Shown: positions 15,945-25,991, counted from the stretch's first letter. The stretch: DNA of 64,000 bases from Pseudomonadota bacterium (GCA_038524325.1 JBCBIS010000001.1:3150-67149), one strand, 5' to 3'. Numbers and translations: made by a program. Notes: generated from the sequence alone by a model not told the origin.

Positions 15945-18248
15945 CTAGGTGATGCTGGCCAGGATCGGCCTGATCCCGACCGGCGTGAATTCTCTCAGCC
16001 GGATGGCCAAGTTCTTCAGTCGATGCGTGTTTTGCAGGAAATTGAACGCGCCCATCTCATCGGCGCCCGGCCCGTCTTTGAGCAGTGCTGTCGCGGTGAG
16101 GCTGCGGTCCAACTGGCCATAGCCCGGCTCGCCCCAGCGGGTCGAGGTGAAGGCCACCGCGGCGCCGAACAGGCAGGCGGTATGCGGGGGCAGCCGGTTG
16201 CCCTCGGCGGGGAACCGGCATTGCCGCAGGCAGCCGCTCTGATGGTCGCGCACCCGCAGCGGGTGGACGAACACGCCGCCCTGCCCGTCCGCGCTGCGCA
16301 GCCGCGTGCGGCCCAGGATGGTCACCCCGTCAAAGATCGTCTGCGGACCCCAGCCATCGGCGGGATCGTCGGGATCCGAGATCGCAAACCGCCCGGTTTC
16401 GAACTCGGGACCGGAGGCGGCGTCGACGATGGTATCGGTCAGCTCAAGCCGGTAGTCCTGCGCGATGCCAACCGGGCCGGTCACACAGCGGCGCATGGAG
16501 ATCCGGGGCAGTTCCTCGAAACTCTCCAACGCGGCCGCGTCGGAAAAGCCCAGATCCGAGGGCAGGTCAAAGGCCCGCTGCGAGAGCGCCCGTGTGCCGC
16601 CCGCCGTGCCGTCCAGCTCGACATGGCCCGCGGGGTCCAACGTCACGCCCTCCAGATGCAGCGAGTTCACCGCCGCCCGCTCGATGATCGCGCGGTTGAT
16701 CGGGGCGTTGCGCAGGCTCAGCAGGACGCCCTCGATGCGGATGTCCAGCGCCCGGGTCAGCGCCGTGTCGCCTGGGTCGGCGGCGCGCATCCGCAGGGGC
16801 TGGCGCAACTCGACCAGCGGGCGCTGGCCGGTAGCGGCCCTGATCCAGAAGGGGCGCGCGAGGGCGAAGGTGGGGCCGTTCTCGGCCACTGCATCGGTGA
16901 CTTGCAGCAGGTTCACCCGGTGGGTCATGGAGTCGGTGATCTCGATGATCCGGGGCGGACCATCGCTCGCCAGCCCGGTCAGCGCCGCGCGCAGCGAGGT
17001 GCCGCCGGGATGGGCCGAGACCTGGATCACCTCGGGCTCGGCCAGCCCCGGCCAGATCGTATCGGGGAATTGGCGCGAGACCGGATGCGCCCCCACCGGC
17101 CCCGCGAAGCCATAGGTCCCGCTGACCCGCAGCCGATTGCGCAGGGCCGGCCCCTCTGGCCCATTGTTGGGGATGCCGAACACCACGCGGCCATGCACCG
17201 GATCGACTACGATTTCCCGGGTACGGAGCGGGCGGCGCAGCCCCTCCTCCCAGGCGCAGAGATTGGCGCCGCGGGTGGTCCATTCGGTTCCTGCGAAGAT
17301 GTTTTCGTTCAGATGAAACACCAGCCCGGGCGCTCCGGCGCCAGGATCGGGGGCCCGACTGCCCTGGTGGATATCCACAGCGATATACTCCGCCGCATTG
17401 CCCGTGGGCGGGTCCTCCTCCAACCGCGCGGCAGGCATCGGACCCGGCGTGCGGTCAGGCTCCGAGAACTCCGGCGGCTCTGCGCTGGGGTCATAGCGGA
17501 AGGTGTTGAACAGCCGCATCTGCCGCCCTTGCGGATCGATATGGAACCGCGCGGCAAAGGGGGCCTCGTCCCCCGCCGCGCCGGCCACCGCCACGGTTCC
17601 GGCGCTGCGTGGGCGGGCGACCGGCATCTGATAATCAGTCAGCCGCCATAGGAAGATCGCCAGGTTGGGCAGGTTGAGCCGCGGCTGGGTGCCCCCCGTC
17701 GGCTTCACATCCGCCGTGCGCGCAAAGGGATCGAAGGCGCCGCCCAGGAAGCTCAGCACCCCCGGGTCGCGCAAGGTGACCGTGCCGTGGCGCACCGGGT
17801 CGGCCAGATGGCGCGGCAGGCTCTGCGGCGGGATCCCGCCCGCATCGGGGCGCTGGTGGTTGAGATGCTGGGTCCAGAGCATCCGCTCGCGCATCTCGAC
17901 CGCATGGGCCGCCCAGCCGGTCAGGCTGAAGGCCAGCTCCTCCATCGCGCCCAGCGTCCCCTTGCGCCGGGACAGCGCCACCGCACGGGCGGTCGAGGCG
18001 CGCAGCGTCCAGGGGTCGCCCTTCAGATGGGTCAGGCCCAGCAGATCGCCGATATAGGGCACCACCCAATCGTCGCAATGCTCGATAAAATGGTCATGGT
18101 AGAACTGTTCGACATGCTGGTCGAGCGCCTCCATCACCTCGTCGATCAGGCCGATAAACGCTTCGAACTGCCCGCCCTGCGCCTCCTCGGCATCGCGCAG
18201 GCGATAGATTTCGGGCAGGCGGTCGAACAGGCCGGGATGGCGGGTCAT
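15945..18248 (-). CDS. Baseplate wedge protein, P2 gpI-like phage tail protein
   Basis: The ATG at 18248 overlaps the upstream stop (ATGA). N-terminal LFDRLPEIYRLRD...FIGLIDEVMEALDQHVEQFY...WVVPYIGDLLG resembles the Tail_P2_I domain. Confidence 0.6.
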   Translation of the reverse strand: MTRHPGLFDRLPEIYRLRDAEEAQGGQFEAFIGLIDEVMEALDQHVEQFYHDHFIEHCDDWVVPYIGDLLGLTHLKGDPWTLRASTARAVALSRRKGTLGAMEELAFSLTGWAAHAVEMRERMLWTQHLNHQRPDAGGIPPQSLPRHLADPVRHGTVTLRDPGVLSFLGGAFDPFARTADVKPTGGTQPRLNLPNLAIFLWRLTDYQMPVARPRSAGTVAVAGAAGDEAPFAARFHIDPQGRQMRLFNTFRYDPSAEPPEFSEPDRTPGPMPAARLEEDPPTGNAAEYIAVDIHQGSRAPDPGAGAPGLVFHLNENIFAGTEWTTRGANLCAWEEGLRRPLRTREIVVDPVHGRVVFGIPNNGPEGPALRNRLRVSGTYGFAGPVGAHPVSRQFPDTIWPGLAEPEVIQVSAHPGGTSLRAALTGLASDGPPRIIEITDSMTHRVNLLQVTDAVAENGPTFALARPFWIRAATGQRPLVELRQPLRMRAADPGDTALTRALDIRIEGVLLSLRNAPINRAIIERAAVNSLHLEGVTLDPAGHVELDGTAGGTRALSQRAFDLPSDLGFSDAAALESFEELPRISMRRCVTGPVGIAQDYRLELTDTIVDAASGPEFETGRFAISDPDDPADGWGPQTIFDGVTILGRTRLRSADGQGGVFVHPLRVRDHQSGCLRQCRFPAEGNRLPPHTACLFGAAVAFTSTRWGEPGYGQLDRSLTATALLKDGPGADEMGAFNFLQNTHRLKNLAIRLREFTPVGIRPILASIT

Positions 18249-20989
18249 GTCGGGCACTCCTCGTCGGAGGTCACGGCCAGGGTTTCCAAGCGCAGATGCA
18301 GGGCGGAGAGGACCAGCACCTCATCGCCCGCCACCATCACCCGTTTGTGCAGAGGCTTGGCCTTGGGCAGCTTGATCTCGGCGGGGTCGTCGCCCAGCCC
18401 GGCCAGCAAGAAACTGGCGGTGCCCTCGACCCAGACCACGCCTTCGACCGCCTGCACCGCGGCGAGGATTTGGCTGAGATGCACATCCTGGCCAAAGCTG
18501 CGCTGGGGCAGCGCGAGCAGGCCCTCGGGCCACGCCCCGCCTTGCGGCAAGGCGCCCAGGGCATCCGAGACAGCGGCGCGGACATCGTCCTCGCGCAGCA
18601 CCGGGTCGAGGCCCGCGCGCAGGCCCAATCCCAGCCAGCGGCGGCGCCCGCGCGAGACCCGCAGCACATGGCGCGCCGGGCCGCGGCAGCGATCGGCATG
18701 TCGCATCGATGCCTCGACCGCGGCGACGGCCTCGGGGCTCTCGTCTTCGGTCAGAACGGTGAGTTCGATGGCCGGCGCCGCGCCACCGCCAAACCGCGCA
18801 TCGGCTTTCAGCACTCCGGGCAGGGCCAGCGCTTCGGCTCGGTAATCGCCGAGCACTAACAGCCGGCCCAGAGCCTGCATCCGGGCGGGCGCGGCCGCGC
18901 GGGTCTGCGCGGGGCCCTCGGGATCGGCGCCCTCGGTCGCGGGGCCGGGCATGGTGACGGCGGTCAGCGGTTTCAGCTTCTCCTTGGCCTTCGGCTCCGC
19001 CGCCTCGGCCAGATCGCCCCGCGCGCCGGTGCCGGTGCGCCAGGCGGCGGTGACATTGCCGCGGCCCGAGGGCAGCCGCGCACCGGTGATGCCATCACCG
19101 AACTGCACCGCGTCCTTGCCTTCGACATCCTGGCGGAGAATGTAGATCTCCGCCTCGGCTGGCTGGTCGAAGAACGTCTCCACCTCGCGCCAGAGACGCC
19201 CGGCCACCCGGATCTCCAATGCCGGCAGCCAGGGAGGGGTCGCGGCGCCATCGGCATGGCGGCTGACGGGTTTCGGCACGGCGAAGGTCTGGAAAATCAG
19301 GCGGCTGTCGCCCGAGCCGATCGGCGCCTCGGCCTGGCTTTCACCCTCGCTGGCCGCGACGAGATTGCCATAGACGGTGATGGTCGGATCGGTTTCGGCA
19401 AACCCCTCCGCCCCGCCTTGCGGGACTTGCAACAGCTGGATCGGCCACATCCGGTGATCGCCCGGCGCGCCGGGGGCGAGGCTCTCAAGCGCCGGTTGCT
19501 CGGGCGAGACCATGACCTCCTCGGGCGCCTCGGTGACGCCTTCCAGCAGCAGGCTGCGCCCGGCCAGGGCCTCGGCTTCGGCCCGGGTCCCGAAGAAATT
19601 GACCTTGCCATCGCTCGGCGCGCCCGGTTTCTGCACGGGAGGCGCGCGCAGCAGCATCTCGGGCCCCAGCGTCTCGTGCAGGCGCAGATGGCGGATGTCC
19701 TGCTGCAGGATGATTGTGGCGACGGCGGCGATCTGGGCGAGCTCTGCCGCGACCTTCTCAGCCGCGGCGACCTCTTGCAGAGAGGCGCTGAGCGTGAGGC
19801 CGGGGCCGGACCCATCGAGCTGGAAGGTCTCCTGCAGGCTGCCTGCGCCGCTCTGCCCCGCGCCAGTCGAGGGCGCAAGCCCGGTGTTCAGCGTCAACAG
19901 GCTGACCGCCGCCGAGGCATTGCCCCAGGTGACCGTCTGAGAGCCGACCCGGGCGATCTTGCGGACCAGTGCGAAATCCGCCGCGCCAAAGGTCTGGCGC
20001 CCGGTGCAGACGATCTGCGCCCCGGTTGGCAGGTCATCATACTCTGCGTCCAGCGGCATCTGTTGGGGCGTCAACAGGGTGTGATAGTCGTTCGACGGCC
20101 CATCGAAGCTCAGGGAGCGGTTAAACAAGGTCTGATGCTGCTGGGCCGCCGGCGGATCGGCCTGGAACGTGGTGAAGGTCGCCGGCAGATCGCTGCCATA
20201 ATGGCGGAAGCTGCGGCCCAGGCGGAAGGCGGTGACCTCGGGTTTATGGGCCTGCTGCACGGCGCCTTCGAAATGCAGGGTGACACGGTCGAGATGCTCC
20301 TCGATGCGCTCCACCACCAGGATCTCATAGGGGTCGAACGGGCCGGAGAGGATCAGGATCCGGTCGCCGGGTGCGATTTCCTCCGCCGCGGCGCTGCGGG
20401 CGGCCAGGGTGATGTCGCCGCCGGCCAACGCGATGTCGAGCGATCGCATCGCAGGCCCGATCTGCGCCTTGCCCTTTCGGGGGCGGTAGAGGTGGAAGGC
20501 GTTGAACGCCTCCCAGGCGGTGGCGGGGGCGTCGGTCTCGAACAGCGCGGGCGCGTCGAACCCGTCGAGCTGCGCCTCGATGGGAAGGCCCGCGGGGATG
20601 GTCACCGGCCCCTCGCCTTCGACCTCCAGAGCAAAGCGGGTGCGGCCCGCCAGACCCGGCGCGGGGCGATAGCCAGTCAGGCGCACCAGATCGCGCAGGC
20701 TGTCGTCCCAGGCGGCTGTCGCCAGCTTCGTTTCGTTGGCATAGAGCTGCTGGTAGAAGCTGAGGATGTCGCCGACCAGCGCCGCCCCTTCCAACAGCGC
20801 GATGCCGGGCTCGTCCGGGCTCAGATGGCTCCAGCCTTGCAGCGGGTCCGATTTGACCAGCCGGTCGAGCATATGCGCCCGCATCCGCGCATAGGTCCCG
20901 ATGCGATAGCGGAACGCGGCAAGGCCGGGGCGGTTCTCGATATCCAGCGGGAAGATGTCCGGGCGGTCGCAGTCATGCGCGCAGCTCAT
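18245..20989 (-). CDS. Putative baseplate assembly protein (gpJ/gp6-like, paralogue 2)
   Basis: ORF trimmed to the ATG at 20989 (ATGA overlap). N-terminal MSCAHDCDRPDIFPLDIENRPGLAAFRYRIGTYARM is typical of eCIS baseplate assembly proteins. 914 aa. Confidence 0.65.
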   Translation of the reverse strand: MSCAHDCDRPDIFPLDIENRPGLAAFRYRIGTYARMRAHMLDRLVKSDPLQGWSHLSPDEPGIALLEGAALVGDILSFYQQLYANETKLATAAWDDSLRDLVRLTGYRPAPGLAGRTRFALEVEGEGPVTIPAGLPIEAQLDGFDAPALFETDAPATAWEAFNAFHLYRPRKGKAQIGPAMRSLDIALAGGDITLAARSAAAEEIAPGDRILILSGPFDPYEILVVERIEEHLDRVTLHFEGAVQQAHKPEVTAFRLGRSFRHYGSDLPATFTTFQADPPAAQQHQTLFNRSLSFDGPSNDYHTLLTPQQMPLDAEYDDLPTGAQIVCTGRQTFGAADFALVRKIARVGSQTVTWGNASAAVSLLTLNTGLAPSTGAGQSGAGSLQETFQLDGSGPGLTLSASLQEVAAAEKVAAELAQIAAVATIILQQDIRHLRLHETLGPEMLLRAPPVQKPGAPSDGKVNFFGTRAEAEALAGRSLLLEGVTEAPEEVMVSPEQPALESLAPGAPGDHRMWPIQLLQVPQGGAEGFAETDPTITVYGNLVAASEGESQAEAPIGSGDSRLIFQTFAVPKPVSRHADGAATPPWLPALEIRVAGRLWREVETFFDQPAEAEIYILRQDVEGKDAVQFGDGITGARLPSGRGNVTAAWRTGTGARGDLAEAAEPKAKEKLKPLTAVTMPGPATEGADPEGPAQTRAAAPARMQALGRLLVLGDYRAEALALPGVLKADARFGGGAAPAIELTVLTEDESPEAVAAVEASMRHADRCRGPARHVLRVSRGRRRWLGLGLRAGLDPVLREDDVRAAVSDALGALPQGGAWPEGLLALPQRSFGQDVHLSQILAAVQAVEGVVWVEGTASFLLAGLGDDPAEIKLPKAKPLHKRVMVAGDEVLVLSALHLRLETLAVTSDEECPT

Positions 20990-23487
20990 TGCCGGCCTCC
21001 CTCGGCGAAGATCTGGATCCGGCCCAGTTCCAGCGCGCTCGGGTCGTTGGCGACGCGGATGATCTGGTTGGGGGCCGGGCAGATGACGGCATTCTCGGCG
21101 GGTTTGGCCTCGTCCTCGGTCAGGGTGATGGTTTCGGTCGTCGGCCCGCCGGCCTGATCCCAGGGCGCCATTAAGAGCGCGCGCACCCGGTCGACCCCCT
21201 CGACCGCAAGGGCCCGTCCGATGATCTGGCTGGCATGGAGCTTTTGCCCGAAAGTCCAATTATCGGGGTGGAAGAACCCGCGCGCGCCTGTGGAGGTGTA
21301 ACCTTCGGTGAACGCCTCTTGCAACTCGAACTCCAGATCCTCGGGCCAAAAGCGGGGATGGGCGCAGACGATCAGGCAGATATCGAGTGGGAGCAGATCC
21401 GGCGGGCGGATCTCGATATCCTCGCCGATCAGGCGCACCGGGTTCAGATGCGCCTGCGCCTCGGCCACCTGCTCGGGCAGGAGGTCGGTGGCGCCCAGCG
21501 GGTCTAGCGTGATCCGCACGGTGCGCCAGCTTCCGGTCCAGCCATAGGCCGCCGCCGCGCGCTGGACGAAGGGCAACTCCTCGGCGCGGTTGACATAGTC
21601 GGCCAGGGTAATCGCGCGTTGTTGCCGGGCGCGATAGGCCTCGGGGACTCGGCGGCGGATGATCTCGGCGCTCTCCGGCGCGCGGCCATTGGTGACGTCG
21701 AACGGGTTCCAGACGCGGGTGACCGTGGTGAAGGTCGCCGCGTCAAACGCCGCCACCCGGTCGGCGCCCACATTGCCGGCGCTGCCGATGCCGGTCTGAT
21801 AGCGCGCGGCGACATAGGTGCCGGGGGGCGGCGCCGCCCCGTTCACCCCATTGCCAAAGCGCAGGCGGCTGCGGCCGGTCTCGTCGGTCTCGACCAGGAA
21901 ATGTTCCGCATCTCCCCGGCTTTGGGTCAGATCCGACTGCTCCCCCCAGCCCGCGATGCCCTCGACCGTGACCGAAAGGCTGGAGCGGACGGGCGCCTCG
22001 CCCCCAGGGGCCGTGTCGCGATAGGCGACGGGGCTTTCGGGCAGCGGGCAGACGCGGCCCCATTTGGTCTCCTCATAGGTGACCTCGGTGATCCGCCCGA
22101 ACGGGTGATCGGTCAGAAAACCCGTCCGCTCCGCCGCCAGGGCGTTGGCGAGATCGGTGTCGAGCGCCCGGTCCCGATCGGTCAAAAGCGTCAGGTTCGG
22201 CGCCCCATGGGTGGCGGGGAGGAGATTGCCGAAGAACAGGCTCACCGCCTCCTCGACGGGCTCATCGGGGCAGCGGGTGACAAAGCAGAAGCGGCTGGCC
22301 AGGGCATCCTCGGGCCGCCACTGGATGCGCACCATCCAGGCGCCAGCCACAGGGTCCAGCCGAGCCTCCGCCGTGCTGGTCAGGCGCAGGAGCTGCCGCC
22401 GACGCGGGTCACGGCCCGGGGCGCGGCCGGTTTCGGGGTTCAGGACCTCTTCCAGCAGCAACGGCCCGTCGAGCGCGTTCAGCGCGTCGCGCAGCGCCTC
22501 AGCGGCGGTTTCGTCCATCGGATCGCCCGGCAGGGTGATATCGGCTCCGGTCGCACCGGCCTCGAGCGCGCCAACCAGCCCGCCCCAGGTATAGAGCGCC
22601 ATGCGGTTCAAGAGCGCCACCATGGGCCGCCCTGCCCCATCCAAATCCCGCGTGTCATGCAGGAAGACCTCGCCCGCCGCCACGCCCTGCCGCCCGGTCC
22701 ACGCGGCAAAGCCGGGGCCGAGGAGCGTATCGGCGGCCACCTCCACCGCCAGCATGGTGCTGGCCTGATTGCCCTCGTGGATATGGTAATCCATCAACCG
22801 CGCATGGCGGGCCAGCGAGACGCGTTTGCGGGCGCGGGGGAAGAACGCCTCATTGGCCACCCGGTCCTGCTTATCGGCCAGCTCGTCGCCCTTGGCCGCC
22901 AGCAGATTGATGACCACGGCGTCGAGATCGGCCTCGGAGGTCGGCTGCCATCCCGGCACGCGTTCGCGCATCGCGTTGAGCAGCAGGTGCTTGAACGAGG
23001 CGTAGTCCCGCGCCTCGTAATCGATCCGCGGATTGCTCAGGGGCGCGGGCGGGGCCGCGCGGTCGTCGCAGTTCAGATTGAAACAGCCAGGGCGGAACTT
23101 GAACGGGATCTCGGCAAAGATCGGATCGAAATCGGGGCTTTCGGCCCGCAGGCGATAGGTGGAGTAATCGCCGATCGGGGTGACCTCGAGCTGGAAGGAG
23201 GTCGTGGTCAGCGCGGTGATCCCAGTCACCTGCACCTCGCCCGGCAGCGTGCCGGCCCGCACCCGGCGCCCGCCGGAGATGCTGAAGAGCTGGTTCGCGG
23301 GGGTCCCACCCGCCTGCGCGGCCAGGATTTCGACCAGCCCGACCTCGTTCAGAAATTCCGCCGTCAGCCGGGCGACGGGCGGGTCGGCGGCGGTGTCGAG
23401 TTCGACGAAGACCAGGTCAAAGCCGTTATGGCTGGTCAGGTCGCGGGCGCGGTCGCGCAGCTCCTCGGGGTTCAGGATCTCAGCCAT
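20986..23487 (-). CDS. Baseplate J/gp47-like wedge protein (paralogue 1)
   Basis: ORF trimmed to the ATG at 23487, overlapping the gp25 gene end by 8 nt. 833 aa. The C-terminal part (ADYVNRAEELPFVQRAAAAYGWTGSWRTVRITLDP) is gpJ-like. Sits directly after gp25, as in P2 (W-J). Confidence 0.6.
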   Translation of the reverse strand: MAEILNPEELRDRARDLTSHNGFDLVFVELDTAADPPVARLTAEFLNEVGLVEILAAQAGGTPANQLFSISGGRRVRAGTLPGEVQVTGITALTTTSFQLEVTPIGDYSTYRLRAESPDFDPIFAEIPFKFRPGCFNLNCDDRAAPPAPLSNPRIDYEARDYASFKHLLLNAMRERVPGWQPTSEADLDAVVINLLAAKGDELADKQDRVANEAFFPRARKRVSLARHARLMDYHIHEGNQASTMLAVEVAADTLLGPGFAAWTGRQGVAAGEVFLHDTRDLDGAGRPMVALLNRMALYTWGGLVGALEAGATGADITLPGDPMDETAAEALRDALNALDGPLLLEEVLNPETGRAPGRDPRRRQLLRLTSTAEARLDPVAGAWMVRIQWRPEDALASRFCFVTRCPDEPVEEAVSLFFGNLLPATHGAPNLTLLTDRDRALDTDLANALAAERTGFLTDHPFGRITEVTYEETKWGRVCPLPESPVAYRDTAPGGEAPVRSSLSVTVEGIAGWGEQSDLTQSRGDAEHFLVETDETGRSRLRFGNGVNGAAPPPGTYVAARYQTGIGSAGNVGADRVAAFDAATFTTVTRVWNPFDVTNGRAPESAEIIRRRVPEAYRARQQRAITLADYVNRAEELPFVQRAAAAYGWTGSWRTVRITLDPLGATDLLPEQVAEAQAHLNPVRLIGEDIEIRPPDLLPLDICLIVCAHPRFWPEDLEFELQEAFTEGYTSTGARGFFHPDNWTFGQKLHASQIIGRALAVEGVDRVRALLMAPWDQAGGPTTETITLTEDEAKPAENAVICPAPNQIIRVANDPSALELGRIQIFAEGGRQ

Positions 23488-23866
23488 CGCCGATTGCCCC
23501 CAGGTTATGCTCGAAGCGCAGGCGCTGCGGCTCGGCCCCCGGCGCGAGGCGATAGGCGAGATCGACCCGCAGCGTGCTCTCATCGGCGCGGGTGTCGAGG
23601 CTGACCAGCTCCAGCCGCTCGCCCAGCCAGAAGCTCAGCGCCCGGGTCAGCCGCGCGCGGGCCAAGCCTGCCGTCACATCGTCATTCGCCTCGAAGATCA
23701 GGCGCCGGAGGCCGCCGCCAAAGGTCGGCTGCATGTCCCGCTCGCCGGGGTTGGTCAGCAGAAGCTGCACCACCTCGCCCTTCACATGCTCGGGCAGATC
23801 GGCAGGCGTCTCGGGCCGACCATCAGCGCCGATGCGGAAGGGGAACTTCAGATGCCGCCCACTCAT
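23480..23866 (-). CDS. GPW/gp25-family baseplate wedge protein
   Basis: 128 aa. FPFRIGADGRPE...VKGEVVQLLLTNPGERDMQPTFGGGLRRLIFE matches the gp25 signature. Confidence 0.9.
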   Translation of the reverse strand: MSGRHLKFPFRIGADGRPETPADLPEHVKGEVVQLLLTNPGERDMQPTFGGGLRRLIFEANDDVTAGLARARLTRALSFWLGERLELVSLDTRADESTLRVDLAYRLAPGAEPQRLRFEHNLGAIGDG

Positions 23867-24153
23867 GACCCGCGCTCCCAGGAGAACTCCAACTGGTGAT
23901 CGTGGGAGGAGCCGCTCACTCCGCCCGCCGTTTCGGTCGAGATGTCGAGTTGCCCCTTGTTCTCGGCCAGATAGCGTAGGGTGCCGACGGCAATGGCGAC
24001 AAACATGATCCGCCGATCCTCGACCGAGGCCGGGTCGTCGGGCAGTTTCATGCCCTTGGTTGCCTCGAATAGAGTCTTGAACTCCTCATCCATCCGCCCG
24101 GCCAGCGTGTTGGCCTGGAAGTTCGACAGCGTTCCGGATTTCAGCACTCCCAT
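23863..24153 (-). CDS. Hypothetical 96-aa protein between the spike and gp25 genes
   Basis: Coupled to gp25 (ATGA at 23863-23866), 9 nt after the gpV stop. Ordinary amino-acid composition. No motif recognised. Confidence 0.55.
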   Translation of the reverse strand: MGVLKSGTLSNFQANTLAGRMDEEFKTLFEATKGMKLPDDPASVEDRRIMFVAIAVGTLRYLAENKGQLDISTETAGGVSGSSHDHQLEFSWERGS

Positions 24154-24162
24154 GGCGCCCCC

Positions 24163-24879
24163 CTATCCAGTGGTCACACGGCGCGAGAGCAGCGCGGGCG
24201 TCGGCGGCGGCACCTGCGGCTGCGGCGGGGCGGGGGTGACCGGGATGCCGATCACCGTCTCGCCCAGATGCATGTGGCTGTTGAACATGGCGACGACCTG
24301 GTTGAGATAGGTCAGCAGATCATCGCCAAAGACCAACGGGTGGCCGCCGCGCTCGACCAGTTCGATCTGGCGGGCATCGATCACGACCTTGCCGGTGGCG
24401 GCGATCTCGATCTCGCCATCGCGGCTTTTCAGCGTGATCTTGTTCGCGCCGCCGCCATCCGAGACGACGATGGTCTCGCCATCATCGTCCAGGGTCATAT
24501 TCAGCCCGGTCTCGGTTTTCAGCACCTTGGTGGCCTGTTTGCCCGCGCCGCCCTCCTCGCCCTGGGGCGCATCGCCTTCGGGCCACCAACCGCCGGACCA
24601 GATCGGGCGATCGACTTGGCCTTCCTCGAACTCGATCCAGACCCCGGCGCCGACGGGCGGCACGGTGAAGAGCCCAGCATCGGGGCCGGTATAGGGCGCG
24701 CAGGGCAACGCCCAAGCCGACACTTCCTCTTGCAGCACCCGGGGGATGATCGCGCGGATCCGGCCCATCTGCCGCGGGTCGCTCACATCCGCCACGGTGG
24801 CCGCGTATTTGCCGAGTTTCTTGGCCTGGAACTCCTCGACAAACCCGGCCACCAGCCGCTGGAACGAGAGTGCGCGCAT
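24163..24879 (-). CDS. gpV/gp5-like central spike protein (OB-fold plus beta-helix plus HxH apex)
   Basis: 238 aa. GRIRAIIP...PCAPY...GVWIEFEEGQVDRPIWSGGWW is the gp5 OB-fold signature. C-terminal FNSHMHLG. The start overlaps the gpD stop (TGATG). Confidence 0.85.
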   Translation of the reverse strand: MRALSFQRLVAGFVEEFQAKKLGKYAATVADVSDPRQMGRIRAIIPRVLQEEVSAWALPCAPYTGPDAGLFTVPPVGAGVWIEFEEGQVDRPIWSGGWWPEGDAPQGEEGGAGKQATKVLKTETGLNMTLDDDGETIVVSDGGGANKITLKSRDGEIEIAATGKVVIDARQIELVERGGHPLVFGDDLLTYLNQVVAMFNSHMHLGETVIGIPVTPAPPQPQVPPPTPALLSRRVTTG

Positions 24880-25979
24880 CAGAACACCCCCCCCAGCAAT
24901 CCGCCGCCGCCGCCGCCCGACTGGGCATTGCGGCGCAGGACGAAGCTCTGTTTATAGCCCTGATCAGTCAGGTGGTGGCTGACCTCCGAGATCAGGTAAT
25001 CCCCGCTCAGCCGGCTGCCCGCCCCCGCCACCGCGATGCGGCGATAGGGGGAGAGGACGGCGGGGTAGATCTGCGCATCCACCTCGCCCTCGCCGGAATA
25101 GGCCCAGGCGCCGCGGTCGACGGCGGCCTGCACGCCGGCGGCCAGCTCGGCCGGATCGGCGGCGAAATGGCTGCTGAGGATTTTGGCGGGGTCCGAGACA
25201 TCCCCCGTGGGCGTGTCGCCCAGGGTCTCGGTGCTCGGCTCGGTGCTCTCGGCCGTCAGGGTGGCCAGGGTCGCGTGATCGATCATCTGCGAGGAGGCCG
25301 CCACCGGCGCCAACGCATCCAGCTCCAGCACCAGCTTATTCACATTGCGGTCGGTGCCGGTGATCAAAAGCTCGGGCAGCCCGTCCGAGGCGGTCGGCAG
25401 ATGCCGGAACCGGCCGATCGAGCCGCCAGCATTCGCCTCGACGCTCACCACCATATTCGCCTGCCGGGCCAGTTTGCGCAGCAGCGCGTAATCGGTGCCG
25501 GATTGGGTCACGACCCGCTCCAGCGAGGGCGCGCCGATGCCGCTGGCCTCGACCTCGGCCGCCAGCCCGTATTCCGAGAAGATCTGGGCGGCGATATCCT
25601 CGGGCGCCATGTCCTCCCACAGGCGGGTCTGCTCGGCCCGGTTCATCATCGCGCTGTCGTCATGGACGACGATCACCGCCTGGCTCTCGTTCGGGCCGCC
25701 TGCCATCTCGAAGCGTTGCGCCACGACCTGGCCATCGATCAGCGGTGTGAAGCTGCTTCCCTCGATGGCCACCTCGACCCGGATGCGGGTCAAAGGGGCG
25801 AAATCATCCTCCAGCACCTCGGGCCATTCGCCGCCCTCGTCGCGACCGATGGGCAGGATGATCTGCGCCTCGGTCACCATATCGATCGCCTGATCGACCC
25901 GGATCTCGGCGATCTGGGCCAGCCGCTCGTCCCCGGCGGGCTGTCCGTTGAAAACCAGGCGGTATTCGGTGAAGGCCAC
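24879..25979 (-). CDS. Phage late control gene D-like baseplate hub protein (gp27-like)
   Basis: 366 aa. GTG start at 25979 with a GGGAG ribosome-binding site. gpD-like N-terminus (YRLVFNGQPA...IRVDQAIDMVTEAQIIL). Position between LysM and gpV is as in P2 (X-D). Confidence 0.75.
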   Translation of the reverse strand: MAFTEYRLVFNGQPAGDERLAQIAEIRVDQAIDMVTEAQIILPIGRDEGGEWPEVLEDDFAPLTRIRVEVAIEGSSFTPLIDGQVVAQRFEMAGGPNESQAVIVVHDDSAMMNRAEQTRLWEDMAPEDIAAQIFSEYGLAAEVEASGIGAPSLERVVTQSGTDYALLRKLARQANMVVSVEANAGGSIGRFRHLPTASDGLPELLITGTDRNVNKLVLELDALAPVAASSQMIDHATLATLTAESTEPSTETLGDTPTGDVSDPAKILSSHFAADPAELAAGVQAAVDRGAWAYSGEGEVDAQIYPAVLSPYRRIAVAGAGSRLSGDYLISEVSHHLTDQGYKQSFVLRRNAQSGGGGGGLLGGVF

Positions 25980-25991
25980 GGTCGGGCTCCC

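Noticed and set aside
23863-24153. The 96-aa ORF after the spike gene, considered as a divergent PAAR protein.
   Set aside because: It has no PAAR-type Gly/Ala-Arg repeats and no Cys at all (its only His are two residues in SSHDHQ). Its composition is helix-like (MDEEFKTLFEATKGMKL). It is kept as a hypothetical protein.
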